Below, piece after piece: positions 51,263-61,943 of a stretch of 64,000 nt of DNA. The position numbers were made by a program, and so were the translations under genes. This stretch comes from an uncultured Actinomycetes bacterium (GTDB lineage Bacteria; Actinomycetota; Thermoleophilia; RBG-16-64-13): positions 1 to 64,000 of the forward strand of contig CAWJDT010000005.1 of the NCBI GenBank assembly GCA_963841735.1. Reading direction: 5' to 3'. Each line of letters starts with the position of its first letter. Within the stretch, counting starts at the first letter, position 1. The notes under the pieces are model-generated. The model was given only the letters and a program-made list of their open reading frames with translations. It was not told the DNA's origin and did no database searches.

Positions 51263-52501
51263 TCAGAACTCAACGATTCTTATGCCGCCGGGACTTGTGG
51301 CCTTCGCCCCCGTGCCGGTCGCACGCAGAGAGCCGTCGGCCGCGATAGAGAACGTCGCGACATTGCCCGACTGCATATGGGCGGCAAAGAGGAAGCGCCC
51401 GTCGGCCGAGATATGCAGGCCGCGAGGGTTCACACCTCCGGAATCCAAGACTTCGCGGAGCGAGATGGCCCCGGTATCGTCGATGTCGAGCACGGAGATG
51501 GTGTTCTTGAAACGAGTTGAAACGTACAGGCATTTGCCACTGGGATGGATGACCAAATCTGCAGGTTCGGGCGTGTTCGGACGCCCCGACTTCGCCAGGA
51601 TCACCGCTTCCATCTGCGTTACTTCCTCAAGGGTCTTGGGGTGCTTGAGCGTGGGACCTCCCGCAGCAGGGGCGTCCGCGCTCTCCTCAGCAAACAGTGG
51701 AGCCTCGGCCACGCGGTCCAGCGCCCCGGTCGCGACGTCGCAACGATAGGCGTGGACAACGGTGGTCTTCTCGTAGTTCGCGTAAAACACAGGCAGACTC
51801 GGATGGAAGGCGCCGTAGCGAGGCACGAGACCTTTCTCGACGCCGGTATCCCCCAACCAGAGCAACTTCCCGTTCTCTCGGTCGAGTCGGTAGGAATGAA
51901 ACTGCTCCAGCCCTTTGTCACACACGACGAGCAACTGGCCGGTGGGATCCGCCACCACGGAGTGTTGCCGTGACCACGGGTGAGGCCCCTGAGCACCATC
52001 CCCCGGCGTCAAAGCGACATCGCATGCCTCGCCGAGGCTTCCGTCGTCGTTGATGCGGAACAGCACCAGAGCGGTATCGTCGAAAACCACTTCGGTGGAA
52101 TAGCCCGTCTCACCCTTGACGACCTTGGTGACAAAACCGAAATCGGCGTGGTGTGACACGACGAGGTACCGGCGTGTTGCGTCTAACAACGTATAGCAGG
52201 GCTCCTGCGACAACGTGCGCTGCTCGTTGATGACGCTCACGTCTCCGGTTTCGGCCTCGATCTTCAGGGCCATGACGTATCCGCCACCACCGGTCTGCCC
52301 TCGCAGACTGGGGCGCTCATCGACCAGATAGACGATACCCCGCTCGCTGTCGACGCTCTGGTGCCCGACGTTGACCTCCTCAAGGACCGTTGCTACGGGC
52401 TCCATAGCAGCCGTCTCAGGGTCATAACTGAAGACACTCAGCCCCTTTTGCTCGGGCCCAAACCCAAAATTGCCTATTAACGCGTACATCTTCTTTGCCA
52501 T
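51263..52501 (-). CDS. Lactonase-family beta-propeller (6-phosphogluconolactonase-like)
   Basis: HSV..DP.G, D.G, PR...FHP, HPSG..LYVS.R, GG.NPR...S.DG. Confidence 0.88.
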   Translation of the reverse strand: MAKKMYALIGNFGFGPEQKGLSVFSYDPETAAMEPVATVLEEVNVGHQSVDSERGIVYLVDERPSLRGQTGGGGYVMALKIEAETGDVSVINEQRTLSQEPCYTLLDATRRYLVVSHHADFGFVTKVVKGETGYSTEVVFDDTALVLFRINDDGSLGEACDVALTPGDGAQGPHPWSRQHSVVADPTGQLLVVCDKGLEQFHSYRLDRENGKLLWLGDTGVEKGLVPRYGAFHPSLPVFYANYEKTTVVHAYRCDVATGALDRVAEAPLFAEESADAPAAGGPTLKHPKTLEEVTQMEAVILAKSGRPNTPEPADLVIHPSGKCLYVSTRFKNTISVLDIDDTGAISLREVLDSGGVNPRGLHISADGRFLFAAHMQSGNVATFSIAADGSLRATGTGAKATSPGGIRIVEF

Positions 52502-52650
52502 GTCACTGCTCCCAACGCTTCTCTTACAGGGCCGACAAGCCTGACCAGCCGACCCCCATCAACCTATTTGATATGTCGCATTCAGTTTGGACACAAGCAC
52601 TTCGCCCACACTTGTCACGACCCTGGAACTCTCGACCCCTTGCTCTTCCC

Positions 52651-53848
52651 TCACACCATGATGCACGCCACCTGGTGACCAGGGCTTATCTCCCTGGTCT
52701 CGGGCATGGCCTCGCTACAGGCCCGTACGGCCACGCTGCAACGCTCATGAAAAGGACAACCTGCCGGTGGGTTAAGCGGGCTGGGCACCTCGCCGGCTAA
52801 GACGATCCGCTCCCGGGTCTGCCTCCACCACCGGGTCGGGCACCGGCACGGCCGAGAGCAGGGCCTTGGTGTAGGGATGAAGGGGGTGGTCGCAGAGCTC
52901 GGCCGCCGGGGCGCTCTCTACGATATGGCCTAGGTACATGACAACAATGCGGTCGCTCACGTGCTTGACCACCGCCAGATCATGAGCGATGAACAGATAG
53001 GAAAGGTCCTCGAACTTGGACTGCAGGTCCTTCAAGAGGTTGATCACCTGGGCCTGGATGGATACGTCCAAGGCCGAGATGGGCTCGTCGCAGATGATGA
53101 GCGAGGGATCACAGGCCAGGGCCCGGGCGATGCCGATGCGTTGGCGTTGGCCGCCGGAGAACTCATGGGGGAAGCGGCCGGCCATACGGGGGTCCAGGCC
53201 CACGATGCGCATTAGATCATCTACTCGGGCCCGGCGCTCCCCCTTTTCTTTGTAGGTCTTATGCACACGCATGGGCTCCCCGATGATGGAGCCGGCACAC
53301 TGGCGAGGGTCGAGCGAGCCATAGGGGTCCTGGAACATATAGGCCATCTTCTTGCGCAGAGGTTTCATCTGCCGCTCTTTAAGATGGGTGATGTCTTGGC
53401 CTTCGAAGAAGACCTGCCCGGCAGTAGGTTTGTAGAGCCGGATGATGGCCCGGCCCACCGTGGTCTTGCCGCAGCCACTCTCTCCCACCAGGCCCAGGAC
53501 TTCGCCCCTCTTGAGGTGGAGGCTGACCCCGTCGACGGCTTTGACATCGGCCACTTTGCGCAGGAGCAGGCCGCGCAGCACCGGGAACCAGACTTTGAGG
53601 TCTCTTACCTCTAAGACCAGGTCGCTCGGGGCGCGGCGGCCGTCCTTGCGGCTGCCGTCCTTGCGGTCACCGTCCTTGCGGCTGCCTCGGGCGCTCCCGT
53701 GGTCGCGATCCTTGCTGTGGTGGTCCTTGTGGTGATGGCGCCCGTCTTTGTCGCGGCGGTGCTCGTCGTGCCCACGAACATCTTTGTCGGAGCTCCCCTT
53801 TTCGCCCCGAGACCGGCCCTCTTCTCGCTGATGTTTGTCCGGCCTCAT
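52651..53848 (-). CDS. Dpp/Opp ABC ATPase (DppF-like) with charged His-rich N-terminal extension; frameshift near 52818
   Basis: [24 protein letters not shown]-terminus [26 protein letters not shown]...VACIMV* lies in the shifted frame. Confidence 0.88.
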
Positions 53849-54856
53849 TGGACTCCCCCTTCCGGGTTCACATAGCAGCGGGTGCAGTGGGCCTCACCCA
53901 CGGACTCAAGCTCGGGCCAGGGGTCGCACTGACAGCGCTCCACCGCATAGGTGCAGCGGGGCAGGAAGGCGCACTTGCCCGTCATGCGGCCCAAGTTGGG
54001 GGGCAGGCCCGGGATGGCTTCCAGCCGGCGGCCCTCCCCTTCGTCTATGCGCGGTACGCAGCGCAGTAGGCCGATGGTGTAGGGATGCCGGGGACGGGCG
54101 AATACTTCTTTGCAGGTGCCGCTCTCTACGATGCGTACCCGCGTACATGATGTAGAGGGTCTGGGCGTAGCGGGCCACCACTCCTAGGTTATGAGTCACG
54201 ATGACCAGCGAGGAGTTGAACTTGGCCACCGCCGCCACCATCATCTCCAGGAGCTGGGCCTGGGTGGTGACGTCCAGAGCGGTGGTGGGCTCGTCGGCGA
54301 TGACCAGTCTCGGGTTACAGGAGAGGGCCATGGCGATCATGGCCCTTTGTCTCATGCCGCCGCTGAACTGGTGGGGGTAGTCGCCCAGCCGGGTCTCGGC
54401 GTTGGGGATGCCTACCATCTCTAGCAGTTCGGTCGCGCGGGCTTTGGCTTCTTTCTTGTTCATCTTAAGATGGAGCTCCGGCATCTCGGTTAACTGCCGG
54501 CCGATGGTTAAGACCGGGTTGAGCGAGGTCATGGGCTCCTGGAAGATCATGGCTATCTTGCCGCCTCTGACCGAGCGCATCTCGGGGCCGTTGGCCTCAT
54601 AGGCCATGAGGTCGCGGCCTTCAAAGAGGATCTCGCCTTGCGTGATCTTGCCGGGGGGGCGGATGAGGCGCATCACCGAGAGCTGGGTGACCGACTTGCC
54701 GCAACCCGACTCGCCTACCACCCCTACGATCTCTTGCTCGTTGATGGTAAAGGAGACGTCGTCCACGGCCTTTACCAGGCCGTCGTCGGTACGGAACTGG
54801 GTGTGGAGGTTCTTGACTTCTAGGAGGGGGGTCATGGTGTCCTTGGGACCACCCAT
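53845..54856 (-). CDS. Dpp/Opp ABC ATPase (DppD-like); frameshift near 54137, 3' end approximate
   Basis: [24 protein letters not shown]; RIVESG...HPYT...CAFLPRC continues in the shifted frame. Confidence 0.88.
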
Positions 54857-54858
54857 CG

Positions 54859-55770
54859 CTAGATCAGTCCCCTGAGTCGCGGATCCAGAGCGTCGCGCAG
54901 CCCATCGCCCATCATGTTGAAGCCGAAGACCGCGAGCGCGAGTGGGATCATGGGGGCGAACGAGAGCAGCGGGTTTGTCATAAGGAATCTCTGCCCATCA
55001 GAGATCATGCTTCCCCAGGCCGCGGTCGGGGGGCTGATACCCACACCGAGGTAGCTCAGGGCAGCCTCCGCCAATATAACCGCGCCCATACCGGTGGTGA
55101 TGCTGACCAAGATGGGTGGAAAGGCGTTGGGGAAGATATGCCTGACCATAGTGCGAATATTGCCTCCGCCCATCGCCCTCATCGCCAGCACGTAGTCATT
55201 CTCCTTGACCGACAGCACCTGACCACACATCAAACGTCCGTGCGCAGAGATGCCCTGGATGCCGAGGGCAAAGATCACGTTCCGCACTCCTCCCCCCAAA
55301 ACGACCGACAGCACAATCGCAAAGATCAACATGGGAAGCGCCTGGAGAATATCCAAGAGACGCATGATGACGTTGAATATCCAGCCACCGAAGTACCCGG
55401 CGACTAGACCCAAGATCACTCCGACGACAGTGGATAGGCCGACAGCGCCCAGACCGACCAGCAGAGAGACCCTGGCGCCGTAGATGACTCGGCTGAACGT
55501 GTCTCGCCCGATGGAATCGGTACCCAGCCAATGCTCGCTACTGACCGGTGCCAGTTTGCCTATCTTGCCCGATTCGAGATAATCCACTTCGAAGGGGTCG
55601 AGGGGCGCCAGTAGTGGGGCGAAGATGGCCATCAGAACCACCAGCGAGATTATGACAAGGCCAACGACCGCGAGCTTCCGCCGAAAGAAGATCCGCGCGA
55701 TGTTCCTCCACTCGGCCCTGCTTGGCAGCACCCCCTCATCCACGCATTGGGCCACTTCAGGCGAGGCCAC
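54859..55770 (-). CDS. ABC permease (DppC-like)
   Basis: HWLGTD..GRD..SRVIYGAR.SL, EAALSYLG.G..PP...WG. Confidence 0.93.
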   Translation of the reverse strand: MASPEVAQCVDEGVLPSRAEWRNIARIFFRRKLAVVGLVIISLVVLMAIFAPLLAPLDPFEVDYLESGKIGKLAPVSSEHWLGTDSIGRDTFSRVIYGARVSLLVGLGAVGLSTVVGVILGLVAGYFGGWIFNVIMRLLDILQALPMLIFAIVLSVVLGGGVRNVIFALGIQGISAHGRLMCGQVLSVKENDYVLAMRAMGGGNIRTMVRHIFPNAFPPILVSITTGMGAVILAEAALSYLGVGISPPTAAWGSMISDGQRFLMTNPLLSFAPMIPLALAVFGFNMMGDGLRDALDPRLRGLI

Positions 55771-55803
55771 AGTACCTGTCCTCCATTAGTCTCAAGACCA
55801 CTC

Positions 55804-56760
55804 CTACTTGTAATGTATTCTGGGATCGACCCACCCATAGGCGATGTCCACCAGAAGGTTCACTAGGACGACGATCGCGCCTACGACCAGCACAGCGCCC
55901 TGGACCACCATGTAGTCCTTGTTCATGACTCCGTCCATGATCAGTCTGCCCATGCCAGGTATGGAGAAGACCACCTCGATGACCACCGCTCCGCCGAAGA
56001 TGTAGCTGACCTGCATGCCCAAGGTGGTGATGACAGGGATCAAGCCGTTCTTGACCACGTGACGAAGGACCACGGTCTTCTCTCTCAGACCCTTGGACCA
56101 GGCCGTGCGGACGTAGTCCTGTTGGATGACCTCCAGCATGCTGGAACGTGTCTGCCGCGTGAGTGCCGCCGTGCCGAACAGAGAGAGACCGAGCACCGGC
56201 ATGACCAGCTTCCTGAGATTGTCGCCCAGGTCATCGAAGGGCGACGTGTACCCGTAGGTCGGCAGCCAGTGCAGCTTGATCGCGAACACGTAGATCATAA
56301 ATATGCCGAGCGCGAAACTCGGTATCGTTATTCCCGCGTTCGCGAGCGCACTGAGGGCGCTGTCCAACCACTTGCCCCTCCGAAGTGCGCATATGATGCC
56401 AAGAGTGATCCCAGACAATCCGCACAGTAGCAGGGTGAAGAAGGCAAGATTCAGGGTAACGGGTAGCCGCTGACCTATTAGGCGCCCAACACTCCGCTGT
56501 AGGGCGATCGAATCCCCAAGATCTCCGTGGAACACACCTCCTAGCCAATTGACGTACTGAACCACCACAGGTTTATCCAGACCATATTCATGTCTGAGTA
56601 TCTCTTGGCGCTCAGGTGAATATGACTCGTATTCGCCCATCCCAACAAACAGCATCAACGGGTCACCTGGCAGAAGGCGCATCAGACCGAACGTCAGCAC
56701 GGATATCCCGAACAGCACCAAGATGCCTAGTAGTAGACGCCGAATGATGTATGCGGTCAC
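55804..56760 (-). CDS. ABC permease (DppB-like)
   Basis: YIIRRL, LPGDP, GLDKP...QY, GDLG.S, RSSMLEV..QDYVRTA.SKG. Confidence 0.93.
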   Translation of the reverse strand: MTAYIIRRLLLGILVLFGISVLTFGLMRLLPGDPLMLFVGMGEYESYSPERQEILRHEYGLDKPVVVQYVNWLGGVFHGDLGDSIALQRSVGRLIGQRLPVTLNLAFFTLLLCGLSGITLGIICALRRGKWLDSALSALANAGITIPSFALGIFMIYVFAIKLHWLPTYGYTSPFDDLGDNLRKLVMPVLGLSLFGTAALTRQTRSSMLEVIQQDYVRTAWSKGLREKTVVLRHVVKNGLIPVITTLGMQVSYIFGGAVVIEVVFSIPGMGRLIMDGVMNKDYMVVQGAVLVVGAIVVLVNLLVDIAYGWVDPRIHYK

Positions 56761-56815
56761 TAGTGGCTCCCGATTAGATTCTCAGTGATTCCAAGGTTCA
56801 CACTCGTTTGCGTGG

Positions 56816-56858
56816 TCCGAGCTGGCGGGCGGCCCATCTCGGTGCCCGCCAGCTCGGA
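56816..56858. terminator. 15 bp stem-loop between the binding-protein and permease genes
   Basis: TCCGAGCTGGCGGGC...GCCCGCCAGCTCGGA. Confidence 0.75.
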
Positions 56859-56895
56859 TCAACGGTAGCTAGCTCAATCGCGATCTACAGACAGG

Positions 56896-58574
56896 CTACT
56901 TGCTCAGCCAGATGATCGACGGATCGAATTCACCCGTCCACTGACCGGCACCCATGTCGTGCAGATTCTTTCCGATCAACTTGTAGTTGGTCCTCAAGTA
57001 CTGCGGTAGCGCGATGCAGAAGTCATCCACAGCGATCTTGTTGAGCTGCTTGTAGTAGTCGGCCTTCTTGACCAGATCCGATTCAGCCAACATCGTACTG
57101 GTAGACGGCATCGTACTCATCCGGGATGTACTGAAGCGGGAACCAACTCGAACCCTTGGAGAGGGCTTCGCTAAGCGTGCTCACATACGGCAGCGGCAGC
57201 TGGTACGAAGTCTGAAGCGCACACATCTCACCCGCTGCTTGCTTCTTGCTGTAATCACCCCAGCCGACGTTGTCCAGACCGTTCAGCGTGATGTTGACGC
57301 CTACCTTGGCCAAGGCCTCCTGTATTGCCGTGAACAGGTCGTCGTTCTCGGGGTTCGTTTGATAGGTGAGAGTCGCTGCGAGGGGCTTTGCGAGACCATA
57401 CCCTGCTTCCGTCAAGCAACGCCAGGGCCGCAGCTTCGTCGTAGGAGTATCCCTTGATGCTGGAGTCGTAACCCTGAAGTTCCTTGTCGTCTATCTTGGC
57501 GGCGAACTGATTCGTGGTCCCATACATTCCATCGAATGCCGCGTCGATGATGATGTCGTAGGGCGCGGCCATAGCGATGGCTTGCCTGACCTTCAGGTCG
57601 CTGAACGGTGAGTCGGCGCTGGTGCTGTCCCAGGTGATGCCCATGATGCCGGACACCATGAAGAGCGACGTGTAGCCCTGGCCCTCGGCTTCCTTCACCT
57701 GCGCGCCCGAGACTCCCTCGAGGTAGTCGCATTCGCCGTTCATGAACGCGGCGAACCTGACAGTCGGATCAGTGACCATTTCCACACGGATTCCATCCAA
57801 GTAGGGCAGACCCTCTTGCCAGTAGTCGGGGTTAGCCACGAGATCGATGGAGACATCAGGAGCGAAGTCCTTGAACATGAAGGGGCCCGTCCCGACTGGA
57901 TGGGTCTTGATGTCGTCCCCGTACAGGTCGTAAGCAGCCGGGGAGACCATCATGACGGCATCCTCCATCGACTCAAGGAGGATGGAATCCCAGTTAGTGA
58001 GAGTGACAACGACGGTCTTGGCATCGACTACTTCACACGACGCCATATTCTGTAGGGCACCAACGCCCATTTCCTCGCTCTTCTCGAGATTCCACTTCAC
58101 AGCATCGGCGTTGAAGTCGGTGCCGTCCTGGAATTTCACGCCCTCCCTCAAGGTGAACGTGTAGGTCTTGGCGGCGGCATCAGTTTCCCATTTGGTAGCC
58201 AACTGCGGGACGCGGCTCCCGTCAGGACCGATGCCTACGAGACCCTCGCAAACGGCCCGGGCCACATACGCGTTCGGCCCAGGCATGTTGTCCCAAGGTG
58301 CTCCGAAGTTGCCAAGCGTCATGCCAAGGATCATCTTCATGGTCCCGCCGGTCACGGGCGTGGCAGCCGGATCCGCCGGATACCCCTGCGGGTTCGCCAG
58401 CACGCTTTTCGCGACTCCGGCATCAGTAGTGGCGGTTGTATCACCGGTGCCGGTGGTGACCGTGGGACCGGTGCTAGGAACTGTCGTTGTCGTGGTCTCG
58501 TCGCCGCACGCCGCCACGCAGATAGCGGTGGCCGCTAGAGCCAACACCAAGAACAATAGAAGGCTTCTTTTCAC
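56896..58574 (-). CDS. Family 5 ABC substrate-binding lipoprotein; frameshifts near 57415 and 57090
   Basis: Lipobox VAAC, LREGVKFQDGT.FNADAVK, PVGTGPF, NPDYW, D.KVRQAI; three consecutive ORFs. Confidence 0.88.
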
Positions 58575-58771
58575 TTTGTCCGCTCCTCCCCTGTTTCGCG
58601 CAATATTCCGTCCCTGCATCTGTTACGCCTCTTCAACTCCAACTCCAGGATGCCACCCCCATTTCGCTAGCCATTTGGCAACAAGGCCCTTCCGCAAATG
58701 CCCTACTGGTGGTTGCTTTCGCCCTTCCAGTGCAACCCAATACGGAGACGGCACCGAGCCGCGCCGTGAAG

Positions 58772-59017
58772 TCATTCTCCGCGCCCGCTCGAGCTGAAGC
58801 CGCGGGCCCCGTCCCAACGTTCCGCGGTCACGTCCGACCTCAAGCCATCCCCAGCGAAGCCGCCGTCGCGCAGCCTGAACGACTCACCACCTTCATAGCG
58901 GGCCATCACCAAACGCAGGCCTGCCTCAACGAGACCGCGCATAGTCGTACCGTTTGCGGTGGCGACGAGTTTTGCCTCCTGGAAAAGCGCATCAGCAATA
59001 TCTATGGTTGTCTTCAT
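58772..59017 (-). CDS. VapB-like antitoxin
   Basis: MKTTIDIADALFQEAK...TMRGLVEAGLR. Confidence 0.78.
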   Translation of the reverse strand: MKTTIDIADALFQEAKLVATANGTTMRGLVEAGLRLVMARYEGGESFRLRDGGFAGDGLRSDVTAERWDGARGFSSSGRGE

Positions 59018-59031
59018 ATGGGTGACCATAT
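59016..59031. promoter_or_regulatory. Inverted repeat over the antitoxin start (putative autoregulatory operator)
   Basis: ATATGG-gtga-CCATAT. Confidence 0.5.
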
Positions 59032-59312
59032 CACGGCGATTCTGGTCAAGTCAACCGCAGCTACTACGAAGACGGGAATGGGCACCAGAGAGGCAACCCG
59101 GCAGGGTTTCGGACAAGGGGCGTGCACCCCTCGAGATGGGTCGCCCGGCTACACTGGTGCTGTCAAAAGACAGAAGACCAGAGCAAAAGGTGCGCCAAAA
59201 GCAGCCGGAGGGACAGGGCAGCTGACGAGTGATAAGCCGGCGAGTGATAAGCCAGACACTGGGGTCCGCTTCCCCGCGGTTCCCCCCGCCCAGCCCGCGT
59301 GGACCAGGCGCG

Positions 59313-59759
59313 CTAAGCGCCGATGAGCGGGTTTCTTACTTTGAGGTTCGGAAAGCTGCTGTAGTCGCGATGAGCCGACCAGAGTTCGGAGACACCGTGG
59401 TGAAGACAGAGAGCAGCCACCCGCGCATGGTTGACCGCTTGGCCGGTGGCCTTCGATGCGAGCAACTGATGGGAGAGCTCTTCCCAATAGATGCGGCCGC
59501 CGCGACCCTCCGTCAAGACAACAAGCGAGGGGGATTCCAACCAAGCATCCACCTGCGCGATGGCGCGATCATAGGGTGTAGGCGTCTTGAACACGAGCTG
59601 ATTGGTAACAGTCACCAGAAACCCGTACAGAGACGGCCAGAGAAGGGCCCAGGGCTCCGCCCCCTCAGCGAGCACTCGTACGCAATCGCGCGCGGCCTCG
59701 AACCAGTGCCCATCGGCGCGATGGCTGTAGACCAGAATGTTCGTGTCTACCGCAATCAG
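59313..59759 (-). CDS. PIN-domain (VapC-like) toxin; start uncertain
   Basis: IAVDTNILVY.HR ... LWS..RD.S.FP.L...NPL; CTG where a start codon is expected. Confidence 0.75.
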   Translation of the reverse strand: MIAVDTNILVYSHRADGHWFEAARDCVRVLAEGAEPWALLWPSLYGFLVTVTNQLVFKTPTPYDRAIAQVDAWLESPSLVVLTEGRGGRIYWEELSHQLLASKATGQAVNHARVAALCLHHGVSELWSAHRDYSSFPNLKVRNPLIGA

Positions 59760-59986
59760 GCCCTTCCCGCGTCCGGGCTGGGAGGCGCGCTGATCGCCCA
59801 AAGGCGCACTTCCAGAAGCTATCTCCAAGCCCCCACCTCTCGAGGTAGACACGTTTCAGTCACCAAGATTAGAGCCGTTCCCACAATCGTGTCAACCCGC
59901 GTTGAGAATCCGGCACCAGCGGCAAGGCCCTTCCCGGCGCCCCCGCCCCCCCCTCGGGGCTCGCGCCATCTACCTAGAAGCTTCCC

Positions 59987-60943
59987 CTACAGCTCGTTGA
60001 TCTCCTTGGCCCTCCAGCAAGACACTGAGTGTCCCGGCAGTACCTTGACGAGGTGCTGCGGCTCCTGGCACCCATCCCTCGCATATCCACATCTTGCGGC
60101 AAAGCGGCAGCCCGGCTTCGGATTGATGGGCGATACGATCTCACCCTTGAGAAGAATGCGCTTCTTCTCACGGTGGATATCCGTTGATGGGATAGCTGAC
60201 AGAAGCGCCTTGGTGTACGGATGCAGCGGCTGCTCAAACAGCTCCCCAGCGGGAGACGTCTCGACGATCTGTCCCAGGTACATGACGCATATCTCATCAG
60301 ATATGTGACGCACAACGGACAAATCGTGGGTCACGAACACATACGTCAGGCCCTGCTCGTCTTGGAGGTCTTGGAGCAGGTTCAGCACTTGCGCACTGAT
60401 AGAGACATCCAAGGCCGAGACCGGCTCGTCGCACACCACCAGCTTGGGCTTCAGCGCAAGTGCGCGGCCTATGCCCACTCTCTGTCTTCTGCCTCCGTCA
60501 AGCTCGTGCGGATAAGCGACCCTGATGCGCTTGTCGATGCCGACCATGTCCATGATGCGCCCCGTCTCCTCCAGCCGTTCCTTTCGGGAATAGCGACCGG
60601 AGATGGTGAGAGGCTCCATGATGGTTTGCTGGACGGTCATCCTGGGATTCAAGGACGAAAACGGGTCCTGAAAGATGAACTGCATGTCCTCTCTCAGCTT
60701 GCGCAGCTTCTTCCCATCGACCTTCGTCACATCCTCGCCCTCGTAAAGTATCGTCCCACCGGTGCTCTCGAGGAGGTGGATCATGGTACGCCCAAGTGTC
60801 GACTTGCCGCAGCCCGATTCGCCCACCACTCCCAGCGTCTTGCCCTTTTCGATGGAAAGCGACACGTCATCGACCGCGTGCAACATCCCTCGGGGGGTCG
60901 CAAAGTACTTCTGCAGCTTCCTGGTCTCGATCAACGGAGGCAT
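59987..60943 (-). CDS. Dpp/Opp ABC ATPase (DppF-like)
   Basis: [32 protein letters not shown]. Confidence 0.93.
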   Translation of the reverse strand: MPPLIETRKLQKYFATPRGMLHAVDDVSLSIEKGKTLGVVGESGCGKSTLGRTMIHLLESTGGTILYEGEDVTKVDGKKLRKLREDMQFIFQDPFSSLNPRMTVQQTIMEPLTISGRYSRKERLEETGRIMDMVGIDKRIRVAYPHELDGGRRQRVGIGRALALKPKLVVCDEPVSALDVSISAQVLNLLQDLQDEQGLTYVFVTHDLSVVRHISDEICVMYLGQIVETSPAGELFEQPLHPYTKALLSAIPSTDIHREKKRILLKGEIVSPINPKPGCRFAARCGYARDGCQEPQHLVKVLPGHSVSCWRAKEINEL

Positions 60944-61929
60944 GCTTGTCCCCCCTCCTCGGTGACTCTTATGCATCGACAGAGATGTCCGGGCGCGATC
61001 TCACTCAGTTGGACCTTCTCGACTCTGCATTCATCGATCACCATGGGGCAACGAGGGCTGAAGTAACAGCCGGCAGGCAGGTGCGAGGGATCAGGCGGCA
61101 AACCGGCGATGGGACAAAGCCTCTCTGCGTCGCCGGTCAGCTGAGGGACAGCGCCGAACAATCCCTGCGTGTAAGGATGCGATGGATGGTCAAAGACCGC
61201 TTCTTTGCTGCCGCTCTCGATGATCTGGCCCGCGTATATGACCGCCAGGTCGTCGCAAACCTCAGCCACCACGCCCAGGTTGTGCGAGATCATGATCATC
61301 GAGGTCTTGAGATCCTTCTGTAGCTTGGCGATCATCTCCAACACCTGCGCCTGGATGGTCACGTCCAGGGCGGTCGTCGGCTCGTCCGCAAGTAGCAGTT
61401 CCGGACTGCAGGCCAAAGCCATCGCGATGACCACGCGCTGCTTCATGCCGCCGGAGAATTGGTGAGGGTACTCCTCATAGCGATCTTGTGGGATACCGAC
61501 CAATTCCAGCATCTGCTTGGCCTTCTCGGTAGCCTCTGATTTCGTGAGCTTGTTGTGGAGCTTTATCACTTCCGCGATCTGAGCACCGACCTTCATAATG
61601 GGGTTCAGCGCTGTCATCGGGTCCTGGAAGATCATAGAGACCTTATGCCCGCGGATGCGGCGCATCTCCTTCTCGCTGAGCTTCAACAGGTCTTCCCCGT
61701 CGAGATTGATCTCGCCTCCGGTGATCCTGGCGGGTGGATCGGGCAGTATGCGCAGAATCGCCTTGGCTGTCGAAGTTTTGCCCGCGCCGGTCTCCCCAAC
61801 GAGACCCAGGGCCTTGCCCCGCTCAAGCTCGAACGAGACCCCGTTGACCGCGTGGATGACCTGTCCCTCGGCCGTGTATTCGACCACAAGGTCCTTCACA
61901 GAAAGAAACATATCGGTATTGCTCGTCAT
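60931..61929 (-). CDS. Dpp/Opp ABC ATPase (DppD-like)
   Basis: [28 protein letters not shown]. Confidence 0.93.
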   Translation of the reverse strand: MTSNTDMFLSVKDLVVEYTAEGQVIHAVNGVSFELERGKALGLVGETGAGKTSTAKAILRILPDPPARITGGEINLDGEDLLKLSEKEMRRIRGHKVSMIFQDPMTALNPIMKVGAQIAEVIKLHNKLTKSEATEKAKQMLELVGIPQDRYEEYPHQFSGGMKQRVVIAMALACSPELLLADEPTTALDVTIQAQVLEMIAKLQKDLKTSMIMISHNLGVVAEVCDDLAVIYAGQIIESGSKEAVFDHPSHPYTQGLFGAVPQLTGDAERLCPIAGLPPDPSHLPAGCYFSPRCPMVIDECRVEKVQLSEIAPGHLCRCIRVTEEGGQACLR

Positions 61930-61943
61930 AGTGTCTCGTATCC

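Noticed and set aside
9175-57420. Programmed frameshifting or pseudogenisation at the single-base shifts (9182, 49105, 52818, 54137, 57090, 57415)
   Set aside because: No shared slippery motif and both sides remain well conserved. Sequencing/assembly indels are the simplest explanation; this needs a read check.
59150-59326. Short plus-strand frame with a CGAGTGATAAGCC direct repeat between toxin and antitoxin
   Set aside because: No credible start codon or recognisable family; probably a scar.
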